Under the pieces are notes generated by a model. That model made no database searches. It worked only from the letters and a program-made list of their open reading frames with translations, and had not been told where the DNA came from. The position numbers were made by a program, and so were the translations under genes. From the IMG/VR virus record IMGVR_UViG_3300037524_000555, positions 1-52,525 of that record: a stretch of DNA of 52,525 bases, one strand, 5' to 3'. Below are positions 16,249 to 25,350 of this stretch, piece after piece. The DNA comes from a virus. Its lineage: Duplodnaviria > Caudoviricetes. Every line of letters begins with the position of its first letter. Position 1 is the first letter of the stretch.

Positions 16249-17010
16249 ATGGCGACGATCGTCACCCGTGCTGGCAAGGGCTCGGAGCTCACACACGCTG
16301 AGCTCGATGCCAACTTCACGAACCTTGCGGCGGATGTCGCCACTCTGAACGATTTGCATTGGTGGAACGAGCAGCGTGGAGGGTTTCACGCCCCGTGGAC
16401 AGGAACAGCCATCGCCAGCGGCACAAACAATACCGCTCTACCCTCCGTCCGGCCATCCTATATGCCCGGCGGCGTCTTTATCCGCTCGAACACGACCATC
16501 AACGGCGGGTATCGCTATAACGCGTCCCTGTTCAGCAGCTTCGGCACGCTGTCTCAGAAGATGACCTGCCAGTTCATGTGGCTGACGAGCTTTACCGGTC
16601 GGATCGGGCTGATCGGGTGGCAACAGGCCACAACGTCAATTGATCCAGCGACGAACTACGTCGCGGGCTTCTACCAGAACGGGGACCAGCTCGTGGGTCG
16701 CTGCTGGAACGGGGCTAACAAGATCGACACGTCGGCCTATACCCTGTCGCTGAGCACGCCCTACACGTTCCACATCGACTGCGCGGCCGATCGGTCAGCT
16801 GTGCGGTTCCGGGTCTACGCGGGTTCAACGATGGCGCAGGTCTTCGACCAATCAATCACCAACGGCATCTACATCGTGGATAACCCGCTCGCCGCACGCC
16901 CTTTTGCGGGGTTCACAGAAGCTTCGACAACGGCCAGCGATATTGGCCTTCTCTACACCCTCGGTCTCGGCACCGTTGAGGGATACGAACGCGCCCGTGG
17001 GCGCCTATAG
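16249..17010 (+). CDS. putative fibre/receptor-binding protein
   Basis: N-terminal MATIVTRAGKGSELTHAELDANFTNL typical of phage fibre anchors; beta-rich C-terminal domain. Confidence 0.6.
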   Translation: MATIVTRAGKGSELTHAELDANFTNLAADVATLNDLHWWNEQRGGFHAPWTGTAIASGTNNTALPSVRPSYMPGGVFIRSNTTINGGYRYNASLFSSFGTLSQKMTCQFMWLTSFTGRIGLIGWQQATTSIDPATNYVAGFYQNGDQLVGRCWNGANKIDTSAYTLSLSTPYTFHIDCAADRSAVRFRVYAGSTMAQVFDQSITNGIYIVDNPLAARPFAGFTEASTTASDIGLLYTLGLGTVEGYERARGRL

Positions 17011-17021
17011 ACGGGGATTGG

Positions 17022-17369
17022 TTGGTGATGACGCCACGACAAGAGACGAACCTTGAGCGTGCCGTTGGCCGCATCGAAGGCCAAATGGAAGCCCTCACGG
17101 CGGCCATGACGACATTTTCTGCCACGGTGACCACAAAGCTGGACGCCGCGGACGAGTGGAGGCGCGAGGTCAAGTCGCGGCTCGAGAGCGTCGAGGACCA
17201 CGGTAAGCACATGAGCCTTGTGGCCGAGGCCTTTAACGCCCTGCAGGCGTCGATCCGCGACAGCAAGATGCAGGCCCGGGGGTTCGTCATCGGCATCAGC
17301 GTCGCTGCCGGCAGCGCCGGTGCCGCCATCACGTCGTTCATCAAGTGGTTCTTCGGGATAGGGATCTGA
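17022..17369 (+). CDS. coiled-coil protein with C-terminal membrane segment (lysis-associated)
   Basis: Coiled coil then hydrophobic C-terminus; directly precedes endolysin. Confidence 0.6.
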   Translation: MVMTPRQETNLERAVGRIEGQMEALTAAMTTFSATVTTKLDAADEWRREVKSRLESVEDHGKHMSLVAEAFNALQASIRDSKMQARGFVIGISVAAGSAGAAITSFIKWFFGIGI

Positions 17370-17370
17370 C

Positions 17371-17901
17371 ATGAGCAGCTGGCCGACGCAGACGGAAGTG
17401 CTGGGCAACAAGTCGGTCTACGGCGACCCGCGCAGCCCCCGGGACCGCACCAAGTCCTCCGCGAAGTGGGAGCGCGACAACCTCGTCTACGTCGTGCCAC
17501 CCTTCCCGATGACCTACGCCGGGGTGAAGCTGAAGCGTGGGTTCCGCATGCACCGGCACTGCGCGCCCTCCATGGAACGGGTGCTGGCGAACCTGATGGA
17601 CGCCGCCAACGGCGACCTGAAGACCTTGAAGCACTGGGGCGTGACGATCTTTGGTGGCGCGATGAACTTCCGGCTGATGCGCGGCGGGAACAGGCTCTCG
17701 ATGCACAGCTACGGCTGCGCCATTGATCTCGACCCAGCGCGCAATGGGATGTATGATCGCACTCCGCGCTTCGCCGAGTTCCCCCTCGTGCTGGAGGCTT
17801 TCCGGGCCGAGGGTTGGCGCTGGGGCGGGGACTGGAACGGTAACGGATCGTCGGCCGATGAGCGGCTGGCGGACGGAATGCACTGGCAGGCAACCCAATA
17901 G
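17371..17901 (+). CDS. endolysin, M15-family metallopeptidase
   Basis: R...SMHSYGCAIDL Zn motif; WGGDW...DGMHWQ. Confidence 0.9.
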   Translation: MSSWPTQTEVLGNKSVYGDPRSPRDRTKSSAKWERDNLVYVVPPFPMTYAGVKLKRGFRMHRHCAPSMERVLANLMDAANGDLKTLKHWGVTIFGGAMNFRLMRGGNRLSMHSYGCAIDLDPARNGMYDRTPRFAEFPLVLEAFRAEGWRWGGDWNGNGSSADERLADGMHWQATQ

Positions 17902-17910
17902 GAGAACACC

Positions 17911-18102
17911 ATGCTGACACCCGTAGCCAAGATGTGGGCCGCCCTTTTTGGCGGCATCCTCTCCCTTCTGCAGTTCTACTTCCAGATCAACCTCGGCTTC
18001 ATCACCGAGGACATGATCGCGTTCTTCATCAACGCCGTCCTGCTGCCGTTCCTCGTTTGGGCCACCCCTAACAAGTCGGCAGACACGACACAGGGCGCCT
18101 GA
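17911..18102 (+). CDS. holin (two TM segments)
   Basis: 63 aa, two hydrophobic helices, VWATPNK end, after endolysin. Confidence 0.7.
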   Translation: MLTPVAKMWAALFGGILSLLQFYFQINLGFITEDMIAFFINAVLLPFLVWATPNKSADTTQGA

Positions 18103-18103
18103 G

Positions 18104-18334
18104 GTGGGCCTATTCTGGCGCATGCTCTTCAAGTTCCTGAAGGACTACCTTCAGGAACTGAGGATCGAAGCGGCCTACAAGGACGCCTTGATCGAAGACG
18201 CCAAATGGGAAGCTCGTGCCCGTGAACAGCGCGGGCACGACGCAACGCGGGATAGGATACAAAATGCGGGGAAAGCTCTTGATGTTGCCGCTGCTCGTGA
18301 GCGCCTGCGTTCCCGCGACCCAAAAACCCCCTGA
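18104..18334 (+). CDS. putative i-spanin (Rz-like)
   Basis: Hydrophobic N-terminus then charged helix; overlapped by a lipoprotein gene. Confidence 0.5.
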   Translation: MGLFWRMLFKFLKDYLQELRIEAAYKDALIEDAKWEARAREQRGHDATRDRIQNAGKALDVAAARERLRSRDPKTP

Positions 18335-18485
18335 GCCGCCACCGATCAGCGGCAAGGTGATGTGCCTCGAGATGCAGGCGGAGCGTGCAGAGCTGGCGGC
18401 CTCGCTGGCGAACTCGGACGATGAGCGCGCAGTGATGGCTGCGGACGCCCTGCTGACCGAGTTTGACGCATCCTGCGCCGGGTAG
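18264..18485 (+). CDS. putative o-spanin lipoprotein (Rz1-like)
   Basis: MRGKLLMLPLLVSA-C lipobox, Pro-rich linker, overlaps preceding gene in another frame. Confidence 0.65.
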   Translation: MRGKLLMLPLLVSACVPATQKPPEPPPISGKVMCLEMQAERAELAASLANSDDERAVMAADALLTEFDASCAG

Positions 18486-18529
18486 ACTGATGCCCCGCTT
18501 GCGGGTATGGTGTGACAAAGGAACAGACG

Positions 18530-19192
18530 ATGCCCGTGATTGTCCCAGATCTCCCAGAGCTCTTCGAAGAGGCCTTTGAGCGGGCCGGCTTCGAGATGCG
18601 TTCCGGCTACGACCTGAAGACGATCCGGCGCAGCCTCAATCTGCTATGCCTCGAGTGGGCCAACAGGGGGCTGAACCTGTTCACAGTCGAGGGCGCCACC
18701 CTTGCGTTGGTGGCCGGGCAGGCCGAATACACCATGCCGACCGGCACCATCGACCTCATTGAGCACATGCTGCGCACCGGGTCCGGCACCGCGCAGCAGG
18801 ACACCTTCCTTGAGCGTATCAGCGTCTCTACCTACGCGCAGCAGGCCAACAAGGCACTGCAGGCCCGCCCATCCCAGATCTACGTCAACCGGGGCGCCGC
18901 GGCCACGACGGTGACGCTATGGCCGGTCCCGGACAGCTCCTCCTATTCGCTGGCCTACTATCGCCTGCGCCACATCGACGGTCTGGCCTCCGGCATTGGC
19001 GGCGACATGACCGCGATCCCGCCACGCTTTGTGCCGGCCCTCGTGTCCGGTCTGGCGATGCACATTGCCGCAAAGCGCCCTGACGCAGAGATGCGGATCC
19101 CGCGCCTGAAGGCCGAGTACGAAGAGCAGTACGCCCTCGCCGCCGGGGAAGACCGCGATCGGGCGTCGGTGTTCCTGACCCCGGGGAGGTGA
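18530..19192 (+). CDS. head-tail adaptor / tail tubular-like protein
   Basis: EEAFERAG, RRSLNLL..EWANRG, LWPVPD motifs. Confidence 0.7.
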   Translation: MPVIVPDLPELFEEAFERAGFEMRSGYDLKTIRRSLNLLCLEWANRGLNLFTVEGATLALVAGQAEYTMPTGTIDLIEHMLRTGSGTAQQDTFLERISVSTYAQQANKALQARPSQIYVNRGAAATTVTLWPVPDSSSYSLAYYRLRHIDGLASGIGGDMTAIPPRFVPALVSGLAMHIAAKRPDAEMRIPRLKAEYEEQYALAAGEDRDRASVFLTPGR

Positions 19193-19195
19193 GCC

Positions 19196-19516
19196 ATGGG
19201 CTACGCCAAGGGAAAGAAGGCCTTCGGATACTGCGACAAGACCGGCTTCCGCTACAAGCTGCGTGACCTCGTTTACGAGGTGCAGAACGGCACGCGCACC
19301 GGCCTGCGGGTCGGGCGAGATGTCCTTGATCCAGATCATCCCCAGAACTTCATTGGCCGCGTGCGCGCGAGCGACAACCAGAGCCTGAAGGATCCGCGAC
19401 CAGATACGGGCCTCGCCGAGTCCCGGGCGCTGTGGGGCTGGAACCCTGTGGGCAACGTCGCGCAGGATATGGTATGCTCCGTCGGAGCAGTCATCGTCAC
19501 CGTCACCGAGGAGTGA
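19196..19516 (+). CDS. virion-module hypothetical protein
   Basis: AFGYCDKTGFRY, DPDHPQ, DPRPD. Confidence 0.7.
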   Translation: MGYAKGKKAFGYCDKTGFRYKLRDLVYEVQNGTRTGLRVGRDVLDPDHPQNFIGRVRASDNQSLKDPRPDTGLAESRALWGWNPVGNVAQDMVCSVGAVIVTVTEE

Positions 19517-19520
19517 AACC

Positions 19521-19718
19521 ATGGACAAATCGCCCCGCCCGAAGCCGAAGCCCAAGATGGACAAGTCGCCTCGTCCGTACACCCGGTCCGACGCCGAAGC
19601 CGCTGGCGCCGTGGCGCGCGGCAACAAGAACGCCCAGCCCGACAAGATGGCCAAGGGTGGCATGTGCCGGGGCATGGGTGCTGCGACCAAGGGCGGCCGC
19701 TTCGGAAAGAACGGCTAA
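19521..19718 (+). CDS. small basic hypothetical protein
   Basis: MDKSPRP duplicated; MAKGGMCRGMGAATKGG. Confidence 0.65.
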   Translation: MDKSPRPKPKPKMDKSPRPYTRSDAEAAGAVARGNKNAQPDKMAKGGMCRGMGAATKGGRFGKNG

Positions 19719-19721
19719 GCC

Positions 19722-20369
19722 ATGAACTATGTCGAGCTGGAAGCGGCGCTGCGGGAGTACCTCGAGACTGAGGAGCCCACGTTCGTCTCGTACATCCCCA
19801 CCTTTGTGAAGCAGGCGGAGCAGCGCATCCACCGCTCTGTCCTGCTGCCTGAGTTCCGCAAGAACGCCACCACGACGCTGGCGGCGGGCAACCGCTTCAT
19901 CGCGCGACCGCTCGACTTCCTGTCGACGTTCTCCATGGCGGTGATCGCGGCGACGGGGGCTTACACCTACCTGCTCGACAAGGACATGAATTTCATCCGG
20001 GAGGCCTACCCGGATCCGCTGGTCACCGGTACGCCGAAATACTATGCGCAGTTCGTGGGGAACGGGCCGGACAGCACCTCTGGCGCGTTTATTGTGGGCC
20101 CGACGCCGAACGCCGAGTTCCTCGTCGAGATGCAATACTACTACGACCCGCCGTCCATCGTGGACGAAGGCACCTCGTGGCTGGGCACGAATGCCTCGTC
20201 AGCCCTGCTCTATGGCAGCCTGCTTGAGGCCTACACCTTCCTGAAGGGTGACGGGGACATGATGGCGGTCTACAAGAGCCGGTATGACGAGGCTATGGCC
20301 AATCTGGCAATCCTCGACGTGCGGTCGAAGCGTGACAGCTATCGTGATGGGGATATGAGGGTCGAATGA
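19722..20369 (+). CDS. head-to-tail adaptor-like protein
   Basis: MNY.EL, GTPKYYA, VGPTP, LLYGSLLEAY. Confidence 0.7.
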   Translation: MNYVELEAALREYLETEEPTFVSYIPTFVKQAEQRIHRSVLLPEFRKNATTTLAAGNRFIARPLDFLSTFSMAVIAATGAYTYLLDKDMNFIREAYPDPLVTGTPKYYAQFVGNGPDSTSGAFIVGPTPNAEFLVEMQYYYDPPSIVDEGTSWLGTNASSALLYGSLLEAYTFLKGDGDMMAVYKSRYDEAMANLAILDVRSKRDSYRDGDMRVE

Positions 20370-20653
20370 TGAGCATGGCGTCCGCAGTCCCCGGCATCGT
20401 GAACGTGGTTACGTCGAGCAACGGCGGCCACACCCCGGAGCAGATCGCAGAACTCTGCGTCGATCGGCTCATCCACATCGCTGACACGGCCCCGCCAGAG
20501 CTGAAAATGCAGGCCCGGGCCTTCCGCGAGCAGATGTTGGCGGTCGTGCTGCACTATGTTAAGCTGGCCGCAAGAGAGGACCGGGCGACGGTCGTGACGA
20601 AACTTGAGCAGGGCGGGCACACCCTGATGGCTCAACAGATCTGGAGCATCTGA
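20366..20653 (+). CDS. hypothetical protein
   Basis: GHTPEQIAE, QARAFR; coupled to neighbours. Confidence 0.7.
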   Translation: MMSMASAVPGIVNVVTSSNGGHTPEQIAELCVDRLIHIADTAPPELKMQARAFREQMLAVVLHYVKLAAREDRATVVTKLEQGGHTLMAQQIWSI

Positions 20654-20654
20654 T

Positions 20655-21101
20655 ATGGCGTTCACGGGTAACTACTTCTGCACCTCGTTCAAGCAGCAGC
20701 TGCTCGAAGGCGTGCACGACTTCCGGGTGACGGGGGGCGACACGTTCAAGCTGGCCCTCTACACCAACACCGCGAGTTTCACGGCGGCGACCACCGCCTA
20801 CACCGCGACTGACGAGGTCGGCGCCTCGGGCAGCTACTCGGCCGGCGGCGGCACGCTGACGAACATCAACCCGACGGCCACCGGCACGACGGGGTTCACC
20901 GACTTCGCCGATCTGTCGTTCACGACGGCGACGATCACTGCCCGCGGCGCGCTGATCTACAACACGACCCCGGCGCACACCTACACCAACCCCACCTGCG
21001 TTGTGCTGGACTTCGGCTCCGATCGCACCTCGACCGCAGGCACCTTCACGATCCAGTTCCCCACGGCTGACGCCACGAACGCGATCATTCGGCTTGCATA
21101 A
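20655..21101 (+). CDS. tail/fibre-associated structural protein
   Basis: CTSFK..LL, FKLALY, ARGALIYN, VLDFG, FTIQFP. Confidence 0.75.
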   Translation: MAFTGNYFCTSFKQQLLEGVHDFRVTGGDTFKLALYTNTASFTAATTAYTATDEVGASGSYSAGGGTLTNINPTATGTTGFTDFADLSFTTATITARGALIYNTTPAHTYTNPTCVVLDFGSDRTSTAGTFTIQFPTADATNAIIRLA

Positions 21102-21116
21102 GAGAGGGCCCCTGAG

Positions 21117-21500
21117 ATGAGCAGCTTCACGGATTACCTCGAAGACCGGACTTTGAACCATTTCTTCCGGAACACGGCCTCCACGGCGCCGACGACGGTC
21201 TATCTGGCCCTGTACACCGTGACGCCTTCGGACACGGGCGGTGGCACTGAGGTCACCGGCGGCGGCTATGCGCGGCAGGCCATCACCTTCGGTGCCCCGT
21301 CTGGCGGGCAGATCGCCAACACAGGTGCGGTGTCCTTCACGGCGTCGGGCGCGAACTTCGGGACCGTGGTTGCTGTGTCGATCATGGACGCGTCGACCGC
21401 GGGCAACATGTTCGCGTGGGACGGTATCACCAGCGCCGTGGTCAACGATGGGGACACGATCAGCTTCGCCATCGGTGCTGTCACCGTCGCCCTGACGTAA
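21117..21500 (+). CDS. tail/fibre-associated structural protein (second, related type)
   Basis: DYLE, VYLALYT, EVTGGGYARQ, DASTAGN. Confidence 0.75.
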   Translation: MSSFTDYLEDRTLNHFFRNTASTAPTTVYLALYTVTPSDTGGGTEVTGGGYARQAITFGAPSGGQIANTGAVSFTASGANFGTVVAVSIMDASTAGNMFAWDGITSAVVNDGDTISFAIGAVTVALT

Positions 21501-21542
21501 GAACAGCCCCCAGCGGGGGCTCTCATGACGGGGTAGGGCTCC

Positions 21543-24500
21543 ATGCCGATCAGTTATGTAGGCGGCACAGGCGCGGGGATAGCCGGTAAGACCGGCACCA
21601 CGTCTGTCGCCCTCAACAGTGGCCTGACCGGCGGCTCCGGTTCTGGCGTACAGGCTGGCGACCTCGTCATTGTCACCGTCAGCACCGGCACGCAGGCTCG
21701 GGCCCCGACCACTGCCGTCACGGGCTATACAGCCCTCACCGCCCAGCGCACGACCGCGACGACCTACGACACCAACGTGCAGGTGTCGTACAAATTCATG
21801 CCGTCGACCCCGGATACGACGGTCACGATCCCGGCGCCGGGAAACGTCGCAGACGGTCAGGCATATGCGATCCAAGTGTTCCGGGGGGTCGACCCCACGA
21901 CGCCACTGGACGTCACGCCGACCTACGCCACGGGCAGCGGCACGAACAACCTGCCCAACCCGGCATCCATCACACCCACCACGTCCGGGGCGTGGATCGT
22001 GGTCTGCGGTGGCGGCGCGGCGGCGACGGGGGGCACCTACGCTGCGTCCTATCTGACCAACTTCCGCACGTTCAACGGCGCGGACACCAACGACGGCAAC
22101 GTCGGTGTGGGTTACCTGACGTGGACCTCCGGGGCCTACGACCCTGCGGCCTTCACCGGGGGCAGCGCCAACGCCGCCAACTCGTGGGGTGCGACGACCA
22201 TCGCCCTGCGGCCGGCGCCGGCGTCGAACTTCGCCCGCGATGCTGCCATCGCAAGCGCCAGCACAGTCACGGCTGCGGCAACGGTCAGCGCCTCTCCTGT
22301 CGCACCCGTCTCCGCGGTCACCGGCTCCCCGACGATCACCAAGAACGTGACGTTCAATGGCGTGAGCGGCACGGTCTACAAGTGGCTTGGGAACGGCTCC
22401 TTCACCCTCTCGGCATCGTCTGATGTCTACTACCTCGTCGTCGCTGGCGGTGGTGGTGGTGGTGGCGGCCAATACGGGTCCAACGGCGGTGGCGGTGGCG
22501 GTGGCGTCGTTGGCGGGGGGACCGGCGACAAGTACACAGGCACGGCGTCCACCTACACGATCACGGTCGGCACGGGCGGTCTGGGCGGGATCGATAGTGG
22601 GAGCTACACCGCCTCCGCGAACGGCACGAACTCCTCGATCACCGGCACGAATGCACCCACGGCGGCCATTGGCGGCGGCGGCGGTGGTGGCAACGACGGC
22701 ACCGATGCGCCAAACTCGGGCGGCTCGGGCGGCGGCGGCGGTGCAGGCTTCGGCACTACAGGTGTTACGGGCGGGGCAGGGACCGCTGGCCAAGGCTACG
22801 CTGGCGGCGGTTCTGCCACGATCACCAACGGTATTGAAGGCGGCGGCGGCGGGGGCGGTGCTGGTGGCGTAGGCGGCGATGCCGTGAACGCTGAAGGCGA
22901 CTATTTCCCAGACGGCGGCGATGGCGGCATCGGCAAACAGTCCGACATCACAGGAACGGCCACCTATTATGCGGGCGGCGGTGGTGGCACCAAGGGCAGG
23001 GACGACGGCGCTGGCACTTATGGTGATGGGGGTCTTGGCGGCGGCGGTGCCGGTACGTCAGCAGCTGCTGGTATCGCAGGCACGGATGGCCTCGGTGGTG
23101 GTGGCGGTGCCACGGCGGGTGCAGATGTTCGCGGGGGCAAGGGCGGCGACGGCGTCGTCATCATCTTCGTTCCGGCCAGCGGGCCCAACAGCTACCCACG
23201 CGATGCAGCCATCGCATCCGCCTCAACGGTCACTGCCAACCGCACCAACACCAAGCCGCGCGTCGCAGCCGTCGCATCGGCGAGCACGTTCACGGCTGCC
23301 GGGACTGTCTCCAAGGCACGCGTGGCGTCCGTCGCCAGCGCCAGCACCGTCACTGCCACGGCCAAGATCACCCGGGGCCGGGTCGCAGCCGTCGCCAGCG
23401 CCTCCACAGCCACTGCCAACCGGACGATCACCCGGGGCCGGATCGCATCTGTCGCATCGGCAAGCACTGTCACTGCGGTGCGGACGAACACGAAACCCCG
23501 TGTCGCAGCGGTGGCGAGCGCGAGCACTGTTTCCGCGACGGCGACGATCACTCGGGGCCGGGTCGCGGCCATGGCCAGCGCGTCCACGGTCACCGCCGTC
23601 AGGACGAACACCAAGCCCCGCGTGGCGGCCATCGCATCGGCGAGCACTGTCACCGCCTCGGCCACGGTCAGCGCCGGGGGCACTGATTACCCGCGCACGG
23701 CGGACATCGCGAGCACCTCCACGCTCACCGCGGTGCGGACGAACACGAAGCCGCGCGTCGCAGCGGTCGCCTCGGCCAGCACTGTCACGGCGACGGCGAA
23801 GATCACTCGGGGTCGGGTCGCGGCAATCTCGAGCGCCAGCACCGTCACAGCTGTCCGGACGAACACGAAGCCCCGGGTGGCAGCGGTCGCCTCTGCGTCG
23901 ACAGTCACCGCCGTCAGGACGAACACGAAGCCGCGCGTCGCAGCGGTCGCCTCTGCGTCGACGGTCACCGCCGTCAGGACCAACACCAAGCCTCGCGTCG
24001 CAGCTGTCTCCAGTGCGTCGACGGTCACTGTGGTCAGGACCAACACCAAGCCCCGCGTCGCGGCGATTTCGAGCGCCAGCACGGCAACTGCAAACCGATC
24101 GCTCATCCTGAACCGCGTGGCGGCCATCTCCGCTGTCAGCGTCGTCACGGTCGCCAGCGGCGGGAACACCATTGTCTCGGCGACAGGCGTCTCGGCGACC
24201 GGCGGGCTGGGCTCCGCTTCGGCTGTCGGGAACGCTCAGGCAGTTGCGACGGGCGCCGCCGCGACCGGGCAGGTCGGATCCGTTACCACCAGAGGATCTG
24301 CGACAGCTGCAGTGACCGGTGCGGCTGCGACAGGGCAAGTCGGCTCTGTTACCGCAATCATCAGCGTCTCGACGAGTGTTTCCGGAACTGCTGCGACCGG
24401 TCAGGTTGGTTCCGCGACTGCTGCCGGATCAGCTTTGGCCTCAACAACCGGGGTCGCTTCCAGCGGGCAGGTTGGTTCCGCAACGGCATCTGGTGGCGCG

Positions 24501-25340
24501 CGGGCGACGGTCACCGGGCTATCCGGGTCGGGTCATGTCGGCACCGTCTCTGTGCTCACGCCCGGGTCCGAGACCGTGCCGGTCACCGGGGTTGCAGCGA
24601 CTGGCCAAGTCGGCACCGTCTCTGTGGCGACGAGCATCTCCGCGAACGTGGCTGTTTCCGGGGTCTCGTCCGATGGCTTGGTCGGCACGTTGACCGCCAC
24701 CGGCGACGCTCTGGCGACCATGATGGACACCCGGTACGTCGCGCCGGGCTATGTTGAGCCGGGTTACATTCTCGACAGCCCCGGTGTGTCGGTCTTCGTT
24801 GGCGTTGGCTCGGTTGCAACAGAGCTGCTCACGACTGTCGCCGTCACCGGCGCCTCGGCTTCGGGTCAGGTTGGCACCGCCATCGTCCTTGAGGACGCAG
24901 TGTTCTCCGTCACGGGCGTCGAGGCAATTGCCGAAGTCGGACAGGCCTCGGTGCTCATTTCCGAGGACGTCGCGTTCGACGTCACGGGTGTCGAGGCGAT
25001 CAGTGAGGTTGGCGCGGCCACTGCCTATGGGTCAGCTGATGTCGAGCTCTCTGGCGTAAGCGCCGCCTCTTCGGTCGGGCAGGTTTCGCTCTACGTTGAG
25101 GAAAATATCGTTGTCGACCTGAGCGGCGTGTTCTGCACGGGCGGGTCCGGGGCGATCTATTTCTGGGGCTCGGTTGTCCCGCCCGACGGGAATTGGACAC
25201 CTGCGTCTCCGCCGGCCGGCGTCTGGTCACCGCTCGCGCCGGGAGCGGCTCCAGTGTGGACGGATAGCGACCCCTCTGGTATAGATGTCTGGACAGACAT
25301 CACGGTTGGCCCCGGCGGGTGGACCGACATGAACTCGTGA
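21543..25340 (+). CDS. long repetitive fibre-like virion protein with Gly-rich domain
   Basis: 1265 aa; YLVVAGGGGG...GGDGVVII Gly-rich domain; 20-aa repeats; TGxxATGQVG repeats; Trp-spaced C-terminus. Confidence 0.75.
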   Translation: MPISYVGGTGAGIAGKTGTTSVALNSGLTGGSGSGVQAGDLVIVTVSTGTQARAPTTAVTGYTALTAQRTTATTYDTNVQVSYKFMPSTPDTTVTIPAPGNVADGQAYAIQVFRGVDPTTPLDVTPTYATGSGTNNLPNPASITPTTSGAWIVVCGGGAAATGGTYAASYLTNFRTFNGADTNDGNVGVGYLTWTSGAYDPAAFTGGSANAANSWGATTIALRPAPASNFARDAAIASASTVTAAATVSASPVAPVSAVTGSPTITKNVTFNGVSGTVYKWLGNGSFTLSASSDVYYLVVAGGGGGGGGQYGSNGGGGGGGVVGGGTGDKYTGTASTYTITVGTGGLGGIDSGSYTASANGTNSSITGTNAPTAAIGGGGGGGNDGTDAPNSGGSGGGGGAGFGTTGVTGGAGTAGQGYAGGGSATITNGIEGGGGGGGAGGVGGDAVNAEGDYFPDGGDGGIGKQSDITGTATYYAGGGGGTKGRDDGAGTYGDGGLGGGGAGTSAAAGIAGTDGLGGGGGATAGADVRGGKGGDGVVIIFVPASGPNSYPRDAAIASASTVTANRTNTKPRVAAVASASTFTAAGTVSKARVASVASASTVTATAKITRGRVAAVASASTATANRTITRGRIASVASASTVTAVRTNTKPRVAAVASASTVSATATITRGRVAAMASASTVTAVRTNTKPRVAAIASASTVTASATVSAGGTDYPRTADIASTSTLTAVRTNTKPRVAAVASASTVTATAKITRGRVAAISSASTVTAVRTNTKPRVAAVASASTVTAVRTNTKPRVAAVASASTVTAVRTNTKPRVAAVSSASTVTVVRTNTKPRVAAISSASTATANRSLILNRVAAISAVSVVTVASGGNTIVSATGVSATGGLGSASAVGNAQAVATGAAATGQVGSVTTRGSATAAVTGAAATGQVGSVTAIISVSTSVSGTAATGQVGSATAAGSALASTTGVASSGQVGSATASGGARATVTGLSGSGHVGTVSVLTPGSETVPVTGVAATGQVGTVSVATSISANVAVSGVSSDGLVGTLTATGDALATMMDTRYVAPGYVEPGYILDSPGVSVFVGVGSVATELLTTVAVTGASASGQVGTAIVLEDAVFSVTGVEAIAEVGQASVLISEDVAFDVTGVEAISEVGAATAYGSADVELSGVSAASSVGQVSLYVEENIVVDLSGVFCTGGSGAIYFWGSVVPPDGNWTPASPPAGVWSPLAPGAAPVWTDSDPSGIDVWTDITVGPGGWTDMNS
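23195..24150 (+). repeat. 60-bp coding tandem repeats (PRVAAVASASTVTAVRTNTK)
   Basis: GAACACGAAGCC recurs at 60-bp multiples (23741, 23861, 23921). Confidence 0.9.
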
Positions 25341-25350
25341 GGACCGCGCG

